The notes under the pieces were generated by a model. That model was given only the letters and a program-made list of their open reading frames with translations. It did not search any database and was not told the origin of the DNA. Made by a program: the position numbers and the translations under genes. DNA of 64,000 nt from Callorhinchus milii (lineage: Eukaryota), in contig NW_024704742.1 in assembly GCF_018977255.1 (NCBI RefSeq), positions 37,016,001 to 37,080,000 on the forward strand, given 5' to 3'. Position 1 is the stretch's first letter, and every line of letters starts with the position of its first letter. Positions 13,866 through 29,248 of the stretch are shown piece after piece.

Positions 13866-14541
13866 TTAACAATTGCTTTAGCTTGTGCATTTTCTGACAT
13901 TAGAACAGCTCTTTGTTGTCAATGTTACAGCTGGTAATCCTGCAATAAAGTCATTAACTTCATTATGCTGCTCTGTTGCAATTGGGCAAAATTTATTCTA
14001 TCATTAGATCACAAGTTCACAAAATTGGTTTGATGAAGAAGGCCCCTTGGTCCATCCAATCTCATCCCTCCAGAAGTCACCTTAGCATCCACCTATCACA
14101 ACATCAAGTTTCTGGCCTCAACCACCCTTCCTGGTAATCTGTTTCAGTTATTAATTACCCTGTGGCTAAAGAAAGACTTTTTGGTATCTATTGTGAAATT
14201 ATCCTCTGCAAGTGGTCTGAAATGGTTGAGAGGGAATCTATTCTCCAGAATTGTATTCTGTTTGTGGGTATGGGGTGGCCAGTATTTATTGCCTGTCCAT
14301 AGCTGATGATACAGGAGCATGGAATAAACATCAAATTGATCTTAAGCTTCTATTCCAAAAGATAGTTTTCCAAACTCTGCTATACGCTCATAATATTTCT
14401 ACAGTTATTCATGTTGTTGTGTATTGCAAAATAACTATACAGACCTTACTCTTACCAGTTATCAGTTTAGTGAGCAGTACATGTGCAAGATATGAGACCC
14501 CAAATCTCACTTTGCCTTACCTTGTGAGATCTTTTGTTCTT

Positions 14542-15940
14542 AACAACAACAACAAAATTACATTTGTATTGCGCCTTTCACATTGGGAGGATGTCCCAAG
14601 GTGCTGGACAGTCAGAGTTTCAGACCTGAGCTGGGGGTCGGGATCGGGGAGGGTGGAGGGCAGGGGGGGAAGCAAGACGATCGACAGCACAGTCGAAGAG
14701 GAGAATCTTGAGATGGATCTTGAAGGAGGCAAGGGAGGGGGCGAGGTGGAGGGACTGCGGGGTGGAGTTCCAAAGAGTGGGGGCAGAGCGGCAGAAGGCC
14801 TACCCGCCAATAGTGGGCTGAGCGAGGTGGGGCGGGGGAGGTGAAGCAGCCCGCTGAGTGGAAGGAGCAGGCAGGATGGTAGGGGATTAGGAGATCGCAG
14901 AAGTAGGGGGAAGCCAGACCATGGAGGGCTTTGAAGATGAGGACCAGGTTCTTGAACTGTGTGATGGGAAGCCAGTGGAATCAAGCGAGGATGGGGGTGA
15001 TAGGGTCACGGAGCCTTGTGCGGGAGAGAACACGGTCTGCAGAATTCTGGATGATCTGCAGCCTGTGGAGGGAGGAGTTGAGGAGGCTGACAAGCAAGGA
15101 GTTTGCATAGTCAAGCTTCGATGTAATGAAAGCATGTATGAGGGTTTCGACAGCCAGCGGCGTGAGACAGTGGCAGAGCCGGGGTATATTGCGGAGGTGG
15201 AGGAAGGCAGCGTGTGTCATGGCACAGATGTGGGGTAGAAGGGATAGTTGAGGGTCAAACAAGATGCCATGCTGCACGAGGCAGTGTGGGGGCTAGTGGA
15301 GTAGCCGTTTGTGGAGATGAAGAGTAGGCGGTGTGAGAGGTACAATCTGAACCAGTCAAGGACAGAACCATGAAGGTCTGAGAGGAGAGGCGGTGGATGA
15401 GGATGAGTGGTTGATGATGTCAAAGGTAGCAGAGAGGTAAAGGAGGACAAGGAGGCAGAGGGAACCCTGGTGGCAGATATACAGAATGTCAATTGCCACT
15501 TTGATCAGGGCTTTTTCTGTGCTGTGGGCTACACAGAAACCCGATTGGAGGGATATGTGAAGGAAGTGGCTGAAGAGGAAGGAGTGAAGCTGGGAAGCAA
15601 CAACTTGTTCCAGGACATTGGAGAGGAAAGGGAGGTAGTTTGAAAGTAGAGATGGGTCCAAGAAGGGTTGTTTAAAGGTCAGGAGTGATTAAGGCGGTTT
15701 CTAATGGGGTGGGAACAGTACCAGTGGACAGAAAGAGGTTTATGATGTCTGTGAGTAGAGGGGCAAGGAGGTGGAGCTGGAAGGTAAGGAGAGGGGTAGG
15801 GATGGGGTCGAGGGAGCAGGTGGTCAGTTTTATCCAGGTTATAGTGTTGGTGAGAGAAGAGCGGGAGACAGGTTTGAAGGTGTGGAGGGAGGGATGAGTA
15901 GGGGCCGGGGTTGGAGGGGGAGATGGGGAGGTGTAGCAGC
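14542..15940 (-). mobile_element. 5'-truncated L2 LINE (RT and C-terminus, degenerate)
   Basis: LQSGF..HSTEKALIKV, LLYLSATFDIINH, HAFITSKLDYANSLL; (AAC)n tail at 14542. Confidence 0.9.
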
Positions 15941-16585
15941 CTTGATATGCTAAGGCTGGGTGGAATTTCGGATCTTGTGTATGTTGGCAAGAACATAGCT
16001 GGATTAATAGTAAGGAAGGATAATTTTAATTGCCTTAGAAATTTATGTAAACACATGAGATCAATCATTTGCAACAGAGCTAAGTATGAAATGATTTTGT
16101 ACTTTAAGAAACAAATTTGTCATCATAGTTATTTAGTTGCATTGTCCAATAATAATAAAGTATTTATTTAGTACTTTTCTGTCTTATAATAATAAATAAT
16201 ATTAATCCCTCACATTGGGAGGATGGTTTAAAGTGCTTCACAAGATTTATTGTAATAATAATAATCTTCGTATTTGTTATAACACCTTATCACATTGTCG
16301 AGAAGTCCCAAAGAGCTTCACAGGATATACGGTAAAGTAGTTTGACTATTTTGTGGACAAAACACGGCAGCCACTTTGTACACAGCAATGTCCCAAACAG
16401 CCATGGAGTAAGTGACCAATTTTATTTGGCGGATTGTTGGCCAGAACTGCAGGAGAAACTCACTTTTCCTTTTGAATAGTGCCATGGGATCTTCAACTTC
16501 CAACTGAAGAAGGCCCTTCAGCCCATCCAATCTCATTCCTTCCAGAACACCCACCCTACCATCCCCCCCTTGGATACAAAATACA

Positions 16586-17420
16586 ATACAAAATTACATT
16601 TGTCAAGCGCCTTTCACATCGGTAACGACATCCCAAGGCGCTGAACAGTCAGAGATTAGGACTGGAGCCGGGAGGGGGAGGGGTTGGGATCAGAGAGGTT
16701 GGAGGGCAGAGAGGGTAGGAGAGTAGTCGAAGGCACAGTCAAAGAGGAAGGTCTTGAGGCGTACCTGAAGGAGGCATGGGAGGGAGCGAGACGAAAAGAA
16801 TGTGGGATGAAGTTCCAGAAGGTGAGGGCAGAGAGGCTGAAGGCCCAACCACCGATGTTGGGGCAAGCCAGGTGGGGTCCCGGAACAGGCCATGGCCTGC
16901 TGAGTGGAGTGAGTGGACAGATTGTTAAGGGGTTAGCAGGTCGGAGAGGAGGAGGGGGCAAGGCCGTGGACGCCCAGGTTCCTGACTGGCTTGGTGAGGT
17001 GGAGTGCAATCTGATGCTGCCAGTGCCTGAGGTACGGAGGCTCTGGCAGAAGCGAATCAGGAGAGCCTCGGTCTTGCTGACGTTCAACTGTAGAAAGTTG
17101 GCTCTCATCCAGGACTTGATGTCTGACATTATGTGAACCTGGGGTTGAGGGTGGAGGCAGAGATATGGAACTTGACTCCATGCAGATGATGTCATCAAGA
17201 TGGAGCATGTACAGGTTGAAGAGGAGGGGACCGAGGACAGAGGCCTGAGGAACACAGCACGAGATGGTGCAGGGACTGGAGGAGAAGCCATTTGTGGAGA
17301 CAAAGTGGAGCCGGTGTGAGAGATAGGATCTGAACCATTCAAGGACAGAACCTTGAAGGTTAAGGTGAGAGGAGAGGCGGTGGATGAGGATCGAGTGGTC
17401 CACAGTGTCAAAGACAGCAG
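16586..17420 (-). mobile_element. L2 LINE fragment with internal deletions
   Basis: [44 protein letters not shown]2 tail. Confidence 0.88.
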
Positions 17421-20400
17421 AACGCATCAAACTGATTTTTTAAACGACTTCAGTGTCCTGCCGTCCACCATCTCCTGGCAAGCTGTCTTGAAGTGCCTTA
17501 CAAAATTAACTCATCAGGAGTGAAACGAATATTGCTAAATAAACAAATGCAACAACAAATTAGCACCAACATCTTTTAACCAAAAATTAATAATGTTGAT
17601 ACACCTAACGCTCTGGTCGGAACTATAATTGAATTTGTTCTTTGGGTGCAAAGATATCGTAAGACAGAATGATGCCAAGTCAGCAGAAAACCTTGCTATT
17701 GGATTCGCTTCTGGGCCCCTATTAGTGCCCATATATTCACTACATTGTCTGGTATTTATCCAAGTATAAATAAAGGGAAACTGAGAAAAATCAAGAGCTG
17801 CAAATGTTCACAAGCCATAATCCAGTACCTTTGTCTACAAATTCAAAATCACTGCACTTTACAGTAAAACCCTGTGAAGCTCTTTGAGATGATCTCCTGA
17901 TGTAATATTATTATAGGACTCGGCTAACTCAGGTGCTGTGTGAACTCTCTCTCTTTGGACCACCTTCAGCAGCTGAGCTTTTGGTTCCTCTGTTATTGTA
18001 AATTGTTCCGAGACATTAGCCAACATACATCTGGCCCTGCCATGGTAAAGACATAAGCCTACATATAGGATGCTATTTAAATACAAGTTGTATATAATCA
18101 CATTAAAGACTGACGTTAACCCTGTGATATATTAAACGCTATCAAATCACAACCCATGGATTCACTACTTTCATGTGTTGCTGAGTTCATGGGACTTACA
18201 TTTATTTTGTCTTTTTTTAATTTTTATTTTCTAATAGGTATCTCTGGTCAGTGTGTTGGATTGACTTCCAAAGAATTAATGAATGTGGCTGGTTCACTGT
18301 AGGGGCGTTCAGGGCCAATCAATAGTTCTTAGCTAAAATAATAGCTGGTTTGTGTTCAGGAATAAATTCATCAGAGATTTCTGTGAAGTATTTCCATTCG
18401 AATAAACTGAATAATAATAATAATCCTTGTATTTGATATACCTCCTTATCACGTCTTTGAGATAGCTCACAGAGTGAGACAAGTGCTTCACAAAATATAC
18501 TGTAAAATGAATTGACTGCATATTTTGTGGGCGAAACGTGGCAGCCAGTATTCACTTAAGCGCTCTGGGACGTTACCCTGTGTGTGGGGCGCTATATAAA
18601 TGCAAGTTGTTGTTGCTATTGCTTCCAGCAGCAGAAATGACTGCAGTGAATATTGAATTATTTCCAACTACTTGGCAGTAACAGTGAAACCATGCATTCT
18701 CAGATCTGGTCAGGTTGGAGGCTGGCAGCTGCAAACAACCTGCCTGCAGTACATTGAATGAGTTTAGTCCTAGTCATACAAAGCTGATACCTTACAACAA
18801 ATTCCCTTCAGATTGATTTTAGAAAGGGGGGATTTGCGACATGTAATATAAGGGCAGAATATACCATCATTTGGGTCTTGTAGGTCCTGACAGATTTGGG
18901 ACTGCCCTGATTTGTTTCTTCTTGGACCTGAATTGGGGGGTGGGCGGGAGAGAGAGAGAGAGAGGTGAGGGGCAGTGTTCATCCTCAAACCTATCACTAA
19001 ATACAAGCCCAAAAAATTGCGTAGTCTGTCCCTGTGATGATTATCACCAGAGGTGATCATATTTAAAGGTTCAATGTGAAGCTGCATATACCCATAATTT
19101 GGCCATAATTTATAGTATTTTCTTTTTTTAAAAAAAGGTTAATGAAGAAATATGCAGTGAGAAGCGGGGGCGACAAATCAAAATAATAATAAAGATTAAA
19201 TATTACAAGTGGCAAGAAATGAAATGGAAAATCTCATCTTTGTGCAAGTAACTATGATTAAATGCTTTGTTGCATCACCCCAGTTCTTAACAGGCTCCGC
19301 TGTCTCCCTGTTTCCGAATGGATGGATTTCAAGATCCTCACTCTTTCTTTCAAATCTCTTCACACCCTGGTATCTCCCTACCTTTCCTATCTTCTCACAC
19401 CCCATTCCTCTACCTGCCGCCTTCACTCAGCTGGCTTGGGTCTTCTGCACATCCCTCGTCCCCTCCGTCCCACAACTGGCAGTTATGTTTTAACCGCTAT
19501 GCCTCAAATATCTGGAACTCCTTGCCTAAATCCCTCTGCCTTGCCCCCTCTTTGCCCCTCTTCAAATCACGCCTGTAGAGTTTCCTTTTCGAGTGCGCCT
19601 TCATTCACCTCTCCTTTCCTTTCTGGCTCTCTCAAATCCAACCCATAGAGCGGGTGCAAACCCTCGACTGTCCAGCACCTTGGCATGTCCTCCTGGCTCC
19701 GATGCCAAGCTGGAAGTGTTAAGCACTTTGAGATATCCTTACAATGTGAAATGCTCTATATAAATGTAAAATGTATTGTATTATCACTGTATCTTTTTTT
19801 GCAGATCTTAACTATTTGAAGTAGAAATAAAAATAATCTAAGATCAAGGGGGAAAATATTTTTTTAAAATACAGCACAGATATATATATTATATATTGGT
19901 GAAAAATGCATTTGTTCCTTCAGAAACAGAGGAGATTTTCCATTTTGGCAAAAGAAAAAAATTGACAACCTGAAGTTGTGGTATGTGTTAGAATAGATAT
20001 TTATAACAAGGTAGCAAAGTTTAAAATTGAAGCTGTAATGGCTTTTCTAGTACTGATTCATTGCATGGGGAACATTCTCGGCCTTACAGTAGCAGATGAT
20101 GAAATTGTAGTTGTATTTGATTGTCCTTTCACTTCAAATCACGTTGGCGTACTGACATGCCATTGAGTTAATACACAGCAATAAATGTAACATCCTCACT
20201 AAAAAAACTACTCGAGGATTCTAGCGCCATTCTTCACCATGTGAAGAATATTTTAGTTTGTCAGATTGCCAGCTTTGAAAATGATTGCATTAATAATATT
20301 TTTATGTTGTGCACTTTTCATTTAGCGCTCCCCTGTCGAAAAGCTGAAATATAATAGTTGCAAATGTAACTGTTTTGACCTCCCATCCTTACGCACCCAA

Positions 20401-22402
20401 GGTCCTATTTCAGAAAGGTGTTGATTGGTATATGTGACTTGTCTCATGTCATTATATGAATGCTATATTTGTGATCAAAAAGCATAACAGTCGTGACTCT
20501 AGAAACAAGAAGAAATTGATTGGAATATCAATCCTGCTGACAATTTAGCTTCCTGTTGGGTACATAGTAAAATTATCAACAGAAGTTGAGGAAATGATTA
20601 CATTTTATATTTATATATAACCCCTTTCATGTCAATGAGAGTGTGTCAAAGCACTTGACAGTGATGGTGAACACCTGATCTGGGGGTTGGAGTCGAGGGG
20701 GTGAGGAAGGGAAAGATGACCAAAAGCGCAGTCAAAGAGAAGTGCCTTGTACAAGGTGAGGGAGGAAGTGTGTTGGAGTGACTCTGGGATTAGGCAGCAG
20801 GAGCAGAATGGCTGAAAGCTCGCCTGCCGATGGTAGGGCAGATAGGGCGAGGAACATGAAGCAGACCAGTGTTCACTGAGCGAACAGAGCAGCCGGGTCA
20901 GTCTAGTTGCCAGAGGTTTCATAGGGCCAAACAAAGGAGGGATTCAAATGTGAGGACAAAGACATCAAACTCGATCCGTTGGGAATAATAAATAATAAAA
21001 ATCAAATCAAAGAGCATATTAGATGGGCACAACAAAGACAGATTCTGTAGCAGTATTTCATTAATCTCTCAATGTAAATTTTCAAGAACAATTTGAAGAA
21101 TATATCTATAAAATCTTCAAGAACGCTGCCAAAAATTAATCTCTTTATGACAGCTGCTGTCAAGGGTGAAATTCAAGTAGTGTAAATGTAGAATAGTGAT
21201 CGTGTTCCAGCCCCCTGTGGCAATGAGAGCTGGGCTCACAGGCTCATGAACTGGGATAAGGACTTGATGTTCTGCTCAGTGTTCGGGGACAACAATGGAA
21301 TCCTTATGGCAATTCCCTCAATGAGAGGTCAGTGGTTCTGGCTGAGGAGCAGAGCAGAGGGAGCTCAGCAATATCTAAATCACACGCTTGTTTTCATAGC
21401 AACCAGCAATGTTTTACTGCACCATCATGCATTAATACAATGAGATTCTTTCTTGCTTTCAGTCTTATTGTCATAAAATGCATATTAGCTTCTATAATAC
21501 CAGCAAAACACACAGTCACTACGCTTTACAGTATATACTGCAAAGTGCTTTGAGATGTCTCGATTGCATGATAAAGTGTTATATCAAATGCAAGGATTAT
21601 TCATGTAGTAGTAGTCTTATACCAAAAGAAAAACGAAAATGTATCAGAAGGTTACCAAGAGACAAAACCTACTTTCAAGGAAAAAATACTTTATTCTCAG
21701 TTTTTCTTTCCATCTCTGAGAACAGCAGAAGCTTTTCAAATTACAGTGAAAATCAGTAAAAAAAAAATTTGATCCGAGACTGTGAAATGTTTCTCCATAA
21801 CTTGTTCTCTTCTTAAAAAGTGGGATTGGTATTTTAAATGACAGAAGTTATCAGATACTGCTACATGGTTGGTGATGTAATCTGACCCTAATAATGAATG
21901 CTCTACTGTGGAACAGAATAAAAACTTTGTTCTCAAATATTTTCTTTGGTCTTAAATTTTGCATGTGAATTCCACTTTATCTTACATCGCTCCAACAAAC
22001 ATTAAAAGATAACATAAAGTTCTATTTTCCCATTTTATCTCCAGAGTATTAAACACAAATAAATTACTCTGTCTTTAGATGATCAATAATAATTGCCATT
22101 CTAGAGTGTTGAAAAATAACATTTAAGAAATGAAGGAAGCAGTACAGAAACACTACTACATAGAGAGTAAAGAAAGATCAAAGGTAGAAATAAAGAACTT
22201 GAATTATGTAGCATGTTATCCCATTCAAACATCTCAAATCACTTCATAGGTGTCTAAATGGTCTTGAATTCCAGCTGGGTTATGCGTAGCCTCTTGGTGA
22301 ATCACCAAAATCAGGAAATCCCATTAGTGGCTATCAATACAAATTATCCTGCATGTAACACGACCGGAATTTCAGCCCAGTTATTGTTATAATTAGTGGA
22401 AC

Positions 22403-22660
22403 AATAATAATAATAATCCTTGCATTTGATGTAATGCCTTATCATGTCTACAAGACGTCTCAAAGCGCTTCACAGAATATACTGTAAAGTGAATTCACTG
22501 TATTTTGTCGGCGAAATGCGGCAGCCAATTGTGCACACAAACAGTCATTGATAGAAGAGACCAATTTATTATTGTTTTTTTAAGGAATTATTACACCCAG
22601 GAAAGCGATCCGTTAATTGACTAACAACCGGGTTCCTACTTACAGATAGATAAACAGGAG
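22403..22660 (-). mobile_element. 5'-truncated long-form SINE (similar 3' fragments at ~11655-11770, 18413-18549, 21505-21600, 23118-23290, 23515-23622, 32988-33195, 43280-43410, 45470-45615)
   Basis: Shared tail TATATCAAATGCAAGGATTATTA and Deu-like segment. Confidence 0.8.
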
Positions 22661-25489
22661 CCATTTTGTACAAAGCAAGGCCTCACAAGGAGCCATGAAA
22701 TTAGTGTCAGCCTAGATTGTTAGTTCCAGTCCCAATTTACAGTGGTCAGGCACCACTCAATATCAACATCTAGTCATCTAGTGTAGTCACTCATGAAGGC
22801 CTGAGTTGGATAGAGGATCTATAGGGATGGATAAATATAATGCAGTTTGAGCTGGATTACCTTTGGGAATCAGGGAATAAGTAAACAATGCATTCACTAG
22901 GATATAGGTGAGTGTGATCAAGTCCAAATAAAGATTACCGAACCCACTTTCAGTTGTCACCCCATCTTTCAGAAAAGATTCATAAATACTAAACTTGCAA
23001 GGCATTGGACATTGGAATTTGCATTTATATAGAGGCCTTCACGCAGGGTAGCGTCCCGGAGCCCTTGACAGTGTCAGAGTCTGACGTAACCCTTTGAGCT
23101 AACTGGATTGAAAATTATTAATAATAATAAACCTTGCATTTGATATAGTGCCTTATTATGTTGTTTAGACAGCATATACTGTAAAGTGAAATGGTGCAAC
23201 TGTGCATATTTTGTTGGTGAACCCTACAGCCAATTTGCACACAACAACATCCCACAAACAGACATGGAGTGAATGACTAATTTTATTATCAGCACGTTGG
23301 CACGTCCTCCTGATGTGAAAGATGCAATTAAAATGCAATTTGTTGTTGTAATTTGTTGTTGTAATTGTTGTTCAGGACACAGGGATAAACTCATTGCTCT
23401 TTTCAAGTAGTACCATGGGATCTGCTACGTACACGTGGACACCAGAAATCTTTGGCCTAGATGAAGGAAGTAAGGTAATCAGCAGAATTCTGCAAACCTT
23501 AATATGGGTCTCATTTCACCCACAAAATATATAGTCAATTCACTTAACAGTATATTCTGTGAAGCGCTTTGAGATGTCTTGTGGTAAGGCGCTATATTAA
23601 ATGCAAGAATTATTATTATTATTTTGCTATTCATGTTGGTGAAATGAGTTACAGATGAATTCTTGTGATATGAAATTTGCTGCTCTCACTAAGATATGTG
23701 AACATGTGACTGAAACAAGAAAGATAAAACTGAATTCAGTATGTACAGACCAATGTCAGTCATCAGCAGTGTCCTGGAGTACTGTGGACCCGCCTTGCTC
23801 AAGAACTGCACTATCGAGATCGCCACAGAGGGTTGGCTCAATTCTGATCAAAAATCTGTCAAGCCACCATGTATGTCTGTAAAGAAATACCCAGCGGTAA
23901 TGGCTCCATACTAACTCTGGAGTTAGCATTGTCTACCCAAGATCTGATGTTAAGATAGTTCAGGTATATTGTCTCAAAGAAAATGAAACTTCTTTCACAC
24001 CTCAAACTGAATGAATTCTTTGAACCTCCACCACCCTTCCCTGCCCTCGAAAGTCAGATCAAAGGTTTGTGAAAATCAAAGGTTTGCTAAGGTCAGTAGT
24101 GAGCAGATCTCTCAAATAGTCTATCTGGAGAATGTCACAAAAGTTCAGAGAATCAGGTCAAACATTAGGAAGAAAAGAAATGAAAAGACAGGTGAAGAAG
24201 AATAGTGCGTGCAGGGAGCAGTAAGCCAGAGCTGCAGCAATGGATATAGGCAAATGTTCTGTGGCCTGAAATTCCTCCTGGTCTTAACCTGTAAAACTAT
24301 GTTGTCTTTCAATGCAAAATTACATAGAATTGTGGAAAATTCTTAAATTCAATCTTAAACTGGAACACAGTTTTCCATAGTTTCTTACAGAGAGACATGA
24401 CAGGTAAATAATTTGGCAATAATCGCATGACCAGCCTTCAATATCCACTCTAACCAATGGGTCCATGTACAGACTACAAAGTGTATGCTGAGGCCAGGTT
24501 ATTTCGCTGGTAATTTATTGGTACACTTGCATTGAGTAAGGCAATATCACCTTTGCACAGATATAAATTGTATTTCATTGCCTGTTTTAATACTTTTAGT
24601 AGTTTCCTGAGGGAAATTGTGTGCAGGCTACAGTGATAAGCAGAGACATAATCAGAGAATTTGATGAATCCTATAAAAAGGCATTTGGATTTTTAAGCTC
24701 TGAAGATGAAAGCAGCTTTCTAAAATTATAATCCACTTGCCTTCCTACTGAGGGATCAAAAATACACATTCAAATGGCATTGAATGTGAACAAAACAGGC
24801 TTGAAATTTCACCTTGTCTTAGCTGATAAGTCTGAAGTCCATTTTGTCTGAAAATGATTGCTCAGAATTTTTAGAAAATTCTTACATTAATTATTATTGC
24901 TTTTGACCTAGCATCTATAGCATCAAAAATATTGATATGTAAAGTGTATTTCCCACAAAGTGGCTTGAAGTGAATGACCAATTTATCGGAGGATTGTGAG
25001 CCAGGAAAAACTCTTTTCTTTTCAAATAATGCCATGAATCTTCTATCTCCATTCAAATAGGCAGACAGGGCCTTAGTTAAATGTTTCATCCAAAGGACAG
25101 CAACCTCCACCACCCCCCCACCCCCTGTCCCAGCACTGCACTTGGAAGTCATTCCAGACTGCGAGCTCAAAAAACCCCATTGTGGTGTTATATAAATGGC
25201 GTATACATTGTAGCATATGTGTGTGTGTGTGTGTGTTGAACTGTTTTGACTTCATTACCAAAAGCTGCCGTGAAGTAACTGATAATTTTAACTGGGAGAA
25301 CTCTGAAGAACTTACAGAAAACCAGCTTTAAAATGAAGACCATATTTAAGAATGTGCCACATTCTGACCACTCTGAAATGCTACATAAATAGAAAAAATT
25401 TACACCTGGGTAACATTTCCCTCCAGTGCTATTTGTCATTTAAGTTATCATGAGACAATTACCAGATCCTCTGTTTTTGAAGCATCCTG

Positions 25490-26213
25490 CCTTGTTTGAC
25501 CCCCAACAGTCCTTTCTATCCCACATCCGTTGCCATGACCTGCCCTGTCTTCCCCAACCTCTGCAACATTACCCGGCTCCGCCACTGTTTCACGTCGCAG
25601 GCCACCAAGACCACTTACATGCATTCATAACATCCAGGCTCGACCGCCAGACTCCATGCTTGTCGGCCTCCCCAACTCTTCCCTCCATAGGCTGCAGATC
25701 ATCCAGAACTCTGCAGTCCGTGCCCTTTAACGCACTAGGCTCCACAACTCTATCACTACCATCCTCATCCAACTTCAATGGCTTCCCATCCCATAAAGGA
25801 TACAGTTCAAGATCCTGGTCCTCATCTTCAAAACCCTCCATGACCTTTGCTCCCCCTGCAACCACTGCATCCTCCTAACCCCCTACCAATCTGCCCACTT
25901 CTCTGCTTAGCGGGCTCTGGCCTGCTTCACATCCCCCACCTCACTCACCCCACCATTGGCGGGCGGGCCTTCAGCCACTCTGCCACCACCTTCTGGAACT
26001 CCATCCCGCAGTCCCTCTGCCTTGCCCCCTCCCTTGCCTCCTTCAAGACCCTCCTCTTCAACTGTTCTTTTGGTCACTCTCCTTCCCCCCCGTCCTTCAC
26101 CCTCTCTGATCCCGACCCCCAGCTTGCATCCGAAGCACTGATTGTCCAGAGCCTTGGGAAGTCCTCCCGACATGAAAGGTGCTATACAAATGTAATTTTG
26201 TTGTTGTTGTTAT
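25490..26213 (+). mobile_element. L2 3' fragment
   Basis: HAFITSRLD, GGRAFSHSATTFWNSIP, (GTT)n tail. Confidence 0.88.
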
Positions 26214-28319
26214 TAAAGAAATGCTTATCCTTTAGAATTGGTAAACTTATCAAATAGTAAGCTGTAAATGTGCAGAGGTCATTATGTACTGTATGATGTT
26301 GGATTGGAAGCAACAGATTACGACATTGTTCTGTGTTTTGGAACTAAGAACAGATGGTAGGATTAGGAATTAAAGCTAAGTCCTTCCATGATATCTCCAT
26401 AGTTTCAAAACCCAGTTTAATGAAATAATATATTTCATATGAGTATTTTATGTTGTACAAAAAAGTGCTCCATGTAAAACATAACCAGAACTATTTTGTC
26501 CAGAAAGGGATAGAAGGGTGCACATCCATGCTTTTCTCAACTGCAAAATCTCTTTTGTATACACCTGGTTTAGTTGGTAACATTTCCCCTCTAGAAAATT
26601 AATAAAAAGCTCAGATTGCACCCCTTCAGTCTATACATGTATAAAGTAACAATATGTCCAGCTATAACCATTTTGTCCTCTTTTACAGGTTCTTGCCCTC
26701 TGGAACAAAGTACCAAACCACAACAACAACTTGCATTTATATAGTGCTCTTCACATGGGGTAGTGTCCCGGAGTGCTTAATTCTAAATTCAAAGAAGCAC
26801 GAGAAAGATTATGAAGACCTCCTGTGAACAGGAGGCATATTTCCTCGCCCTATGTCAGAACTTTGAAAATAGGGAGAATTTCCACCTGGACCTAGATTTG
26901 CTCTATTTATGTAGCATTTCAGAGATGGGTAACTTGTTGAATTCAGTCTTAATTCTGAAATAGTTTTTCTGTCCCCATATCAACCTGTTTGCTCCCTCCG
27001 CTCAGTAGACATAGTGCAGTGTGACTTAAAAATGTCAAAGGAATAAGGCATTTGAACTTGTCTACTGGAGTTGTCTGCCTATAGATATTCCTCTCTGCAG
27101 CCCATTATGGGTGGCATGAAAATGACTCAGACCTCAGACTACTGAATTTTTCTAACCGCTTAGAAATTGCTCATCAAATCTAAGTGGCACGCCATTGTTT
27201 ACCACAGTCGGAACCTGTTGAATCTGCAACAAGGAAAAATAAATCCCTGAAAGGAATTACCCAGGTGCCATACAAATGATAAATAGTTAAAATGCTACGC
27301 TTCAGAAAACATAATGCATCAGTTCCACCACGATCCTGTGCTTCCATAGCTAGTGACAGCGTTAGACTTTGCTTATCAAAGGAAAGGTTTGTGGAATCAT
27401 CCGCTTGGAGTAGATATTGGGTTCCATTTTCTATCACTTAAATGTTTCACTTTATTTTGCAATGACAACGGTGCTCAGTCTCATAGATGAATGAGAAGAA
27501 GCTTCTAAAAAGCAACTTGTGTGCAGCAGCCTGATAAGAATGAAATGCTCATTTTCAGCCCAGATATATAGTGCCATTAATGACGGTTTCTACTGCGTTA
27601 TGCTTTTAAATGTGTCAAGGTAGCCTATATATTTCATTCATTTCTATTATTAATATGCACTGTGTGAATACACAACAACCCCCAGCAACAGTCATTTGAG
27701 CCATCCAAATCAGGCATCCAAATCAGAGCAGGCATCAATAGCAGTGCTATTGCAGTGGCTCGAGGGAAGGAATATAAAATCTTATAACAATTTTTGACAC
27801 ACCACCAAACGTAATTAAACGCCTCGCTTCACTTCCCAACATCTTCCAACATATCAGGGAATTTCACCAATTCTCAGGATAGAAATTCAATTAACTGCAA
27901 TCTCAATTATTTACTGGAAGGGAGGAGACTTCCTCTGCTGTGATTCGAGACGTCAACTTGGCTCAGTTGGTAACTTAGCTTTGGGTTAGAAGGTTGTGGG
28001 CCCAAACCTCAAATAGGCTGACTTTAAAATCACATTGTCATTGTGGTGATATTGGGAGAGAGCTGAATTGTTCAATAGAATACCACTACCATTTACACTC
28101 ATATTAGCACCTTTCACATTGAGGGAACATGCCAAAGCACAGTTACATTTCTGGCTGGGCATCAGAGCTGAAGGGGGGAACTGAGATGGGAAAGAGGGGA
28201 AAGATGACTGAAAGCATGGTCAATAGGAAACATTTCCAGGGATATCTTGAAAAAGGAGAGGGAGGCAGAGAGCAAGTCAGAGAGACTTGGGAATGGAGCT
28301 TCAGATTGAGGGCCGCAAG

Positions 28320-28674
28320 TAATAATAATAATCCTTGCATTTGATATAGCGTCTTATCACGTCTTCAAGACATCTCAAAGTGCTTGACAGAATATGCTGT
28401 AAAGTGAATTGACTGTATATTTGTGCGTGAAACTGGCAACCAATTGCGCACAGCAGTGTTCCACAAACAGCTGTGGATTGAACTGACAATTTTTTTTTGA
28501 AGGAATTATTACCCCCGGAAAAGCCAATCGACTATTAACTGGGTTCCAACTTACTGCTAGGTAAACAGAGGTGTGTGGAATAAGGAAACTTGCTCAACAT
28601 TTCACCCTGCCGGGAATTGAACCCAGGTCTCTCGCTTGCAAGGTGAGTGCTCTCACCACTGAGCTACAGGACTC
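28320..28674 (-). mobile_element. SINE, long form, full length
   Basis: Collinear with 3109-3466. Confidence 0.9.
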
Positions 28675-29248
28675 ATAAATCATAGAAATAGTGCTGACAT
28701 TGAATGAAATGTTAAACTGAGGTTCTGTTTTCAAGTGTTTGTTAAGGATCCCCTGGCACTATTCTAAGGGAGAAGTGAAGATTATTTTTTTCTGGAGGAT
28801 TGTTGCCCAGGATATAATTTCTTCTGGTGTCCTGAGCAAGGACCTCCAGAAAAAAAAGATAATTTCAATTTTGCTTCATGGTTGTTTGTGGGATATCACT
28901 GCACAAATTTACACAAATATATTGTCACTACCTGTGAAGTGATTTGAGATATTGTGACTCTACAGGTTCTATATCAAATGAAAGGATTAACATTAATATT
29001 TATTGGGATTGCTGGATAACTATATTTGCACCAATGCAAATTACATTGGGCACAACAAATAAACAATCTACACAACAGGAATACACTTTTAATAAACCAT
29101 TCATAAGAATTACAATACAATAGTTCTTGGATTTGATACATTGCCTCTCATGTCAAGACAATATCTCAAAGTGCTTCACAGGATTTAATGACTGTGTATG
29201 TTGTTAGCGAATTACAAAACAAGAAATGACTTATTGGACCTTGAAACT

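Noticed and set aside
27180..27437. ORF with PH-domain-like NGTQYLLQADD
   Set aside because: The similarity is limited to ~10 residues with no C-terminal Trp helix and no convincing exon structure; likely chance.
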